Positions 62,685 to 64,000 of a stretch of 64,000 bases of DNA are shown piece after piece. Position 1 is the stretch's first letter. Each line of letters opens with the position of its first letter. The position numbers were made by a program, and so were the translations under genes. This DNA is from Octopus bimaculoides (taxonomy: Eukaryota). The stretch is from NCBI RefSeq assembly GCF_001194135.2, contig NC_068984.1, positions 117,773,947 through 117,837,946 of the forward strand, written 5' to 3'. A model generated the notes under the pieces. That model saw nothing but the letters and a program-made list of their open reading frames with translations. It had not been told where the DNA came from and did no database searches.

Positions 62685-63320
62685 CCATCATCATTATTAT
62701 CACCATCATCATTATCTTTCACTTCATCATTATCCTCCTCCTCCTCCCCTCCTCCCCTTCTCCTCCCCTCCTNNNNNNNNNNNNNNNNNNNNNNNNNNNN
62801 NNNNNNNNNNNNNNNNNNNNNNNNNNNNNNNNNNNNNNNNNNNNNNNNNNNNNNNNNNNNNNNNNNNNNNNNNNNNNNNNNNNNNNNNNNNNNNNNNNNN
62901 NNNNNNNNNNNNNNNNNNNNNNNNNNNNNNNNNNNNNNNNNNNNNNNNNNNNNNNNNNNNNNNNNNNNNNNNNNNNNNNNNNNNNNNNNNNNNNNNNNNN
63001 NNNNNNNNNNNNNNNNNNNNNNNNNNNNNNNNNNNNNNNTCTCCCCTCCTCCCATCTCCCCTCCTCCTCTCCTCCTCCTCCTCATCATCACGATTGTCAT
63101 CATTATCACCATCATTATTCTTGTCTTCATCATCATCAACCTTTTCTTTATCCTCCTCATCATTATCCTCCTCCTCCTCCTCCTCCTCCTCATCATCATC
63201 ATCATTATCTTCATCCTCCTTACCCTCATTATCCTCCTCCTCATCCTCATCATCATTATCACCATCACCATTATCCTCTGCCTCTCCTCCTCATCATCAT
63301 CATCACCACCACCACTGCTT
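62640..63320. repeat. (CAT)n/(CCT)n low-complexity tract with gap
   Basis: Direct reading; source of the poly-H/S/P pseudo-ORFs. Confidence 0.92.
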
Positions 63321-63435
63321 CAGGCTCCACTTTCCCATGTGTGCACGGGTCAGATGGAATTTGTTGAGGCAGATCTTCAATGACCAGGTGTCCTCCTTCC
63401 TGTCACCAATATTCACCTGTTTCCAAGCAAAAGGT
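63295..63435 (-). mobile_element. Degraded RTE-tail element (G-related)
   Basis: tccactttcccatgtgtgcacgggtcagatgg...ccttcctgtcaccaa...cacctgtttccaagcaa mirrors the 13283-13400 type. Confidence 0.55.
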
Positions 63436-63755
63436 AACAACTTCTCCATGGCTGGAGAATGATTTCATGGAACATTGGAAACAATGAACATTGTTGATAG
63501 CTATCAGGACATGTCAAAACGAGGAGACACAAATGCAGCACATGCATAAACAGACATCCAAACACTGCACATTATCGCAAATTAACACATGCACTTTACA
63601 AGCATGCATCAGATGCATATCTCTTCTCCATCGGAGCTGGTTTGGAGCTAAACAACAAGAGATGAATGTTTAAAGACTTTGTGTACACCATTACACCAAG
63701 GACACTCTTACCTTCAGAAAAGGCACCAAGAAAATTCCACATCTACACACATATG

Positions 63756-63806
<51 letters not shown>

Positions 63807-64000
63807 ACACACATGCTTACATATATACATACATCCATACATACATGAACATACTCATGTATTCAGACACACACACAAAACCATGTGCAACAACAAACAG
63901 TAGGCCGGTTGTTTCACCCAAGACAGAAATCCTGGACTTTTGTTGATAGGGCATGTGTTATAGATGACCTCTCATTAGAGAAAGAGGGTGAGGAGAGAGA

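Overview
AT-rich animal genomic DNA from a short-read draft assembly, with many N gaps that mostly abut (TA)n microsatellites. The repeat families resemble those I associate with cephalopod (Octopus-like) genomes; this is inference from recall, not a database result. I found no intact protein-coding gene, tRNA, rRNA or CRISPR array. Almost every ORF in the supplied track is a microsatellite or N-gap artefact, or a transposon relic. The window contains: (i) dozens of tRNA-headed SINE copies from at least four families, labelled A, B, D and F here, several with clean target-site duplications; (ii) RTE-type LINE 3' ends and a short element (G) sharing the RTE tail; (iii) R4/Dong-type LINE fragments embedded in (AAT)n; (iv) mariner and maT (DD37D) transposase relics plus Tc1/mariner and hAT MITEs; (v) dense microsatellites and one ~52-bp minisatellite. 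The most interesting signals are two candidate minimal type I hammerhead ribozymes attached to the same ~160-nt repeat body. One has a canonical core (56180-56243); the other has the compensatory G3:C8 core swap (33587-33642). There is also a minus-strand branch point/polypyrimidine/CAG|GTAAGT motif followed by a 55-nt cryptic exon (45745-45830), resembling a recursive splice site, which would place the window inside a very long intron. Boundaries of decayed repeats are approximate (about +/-10-20 nt).
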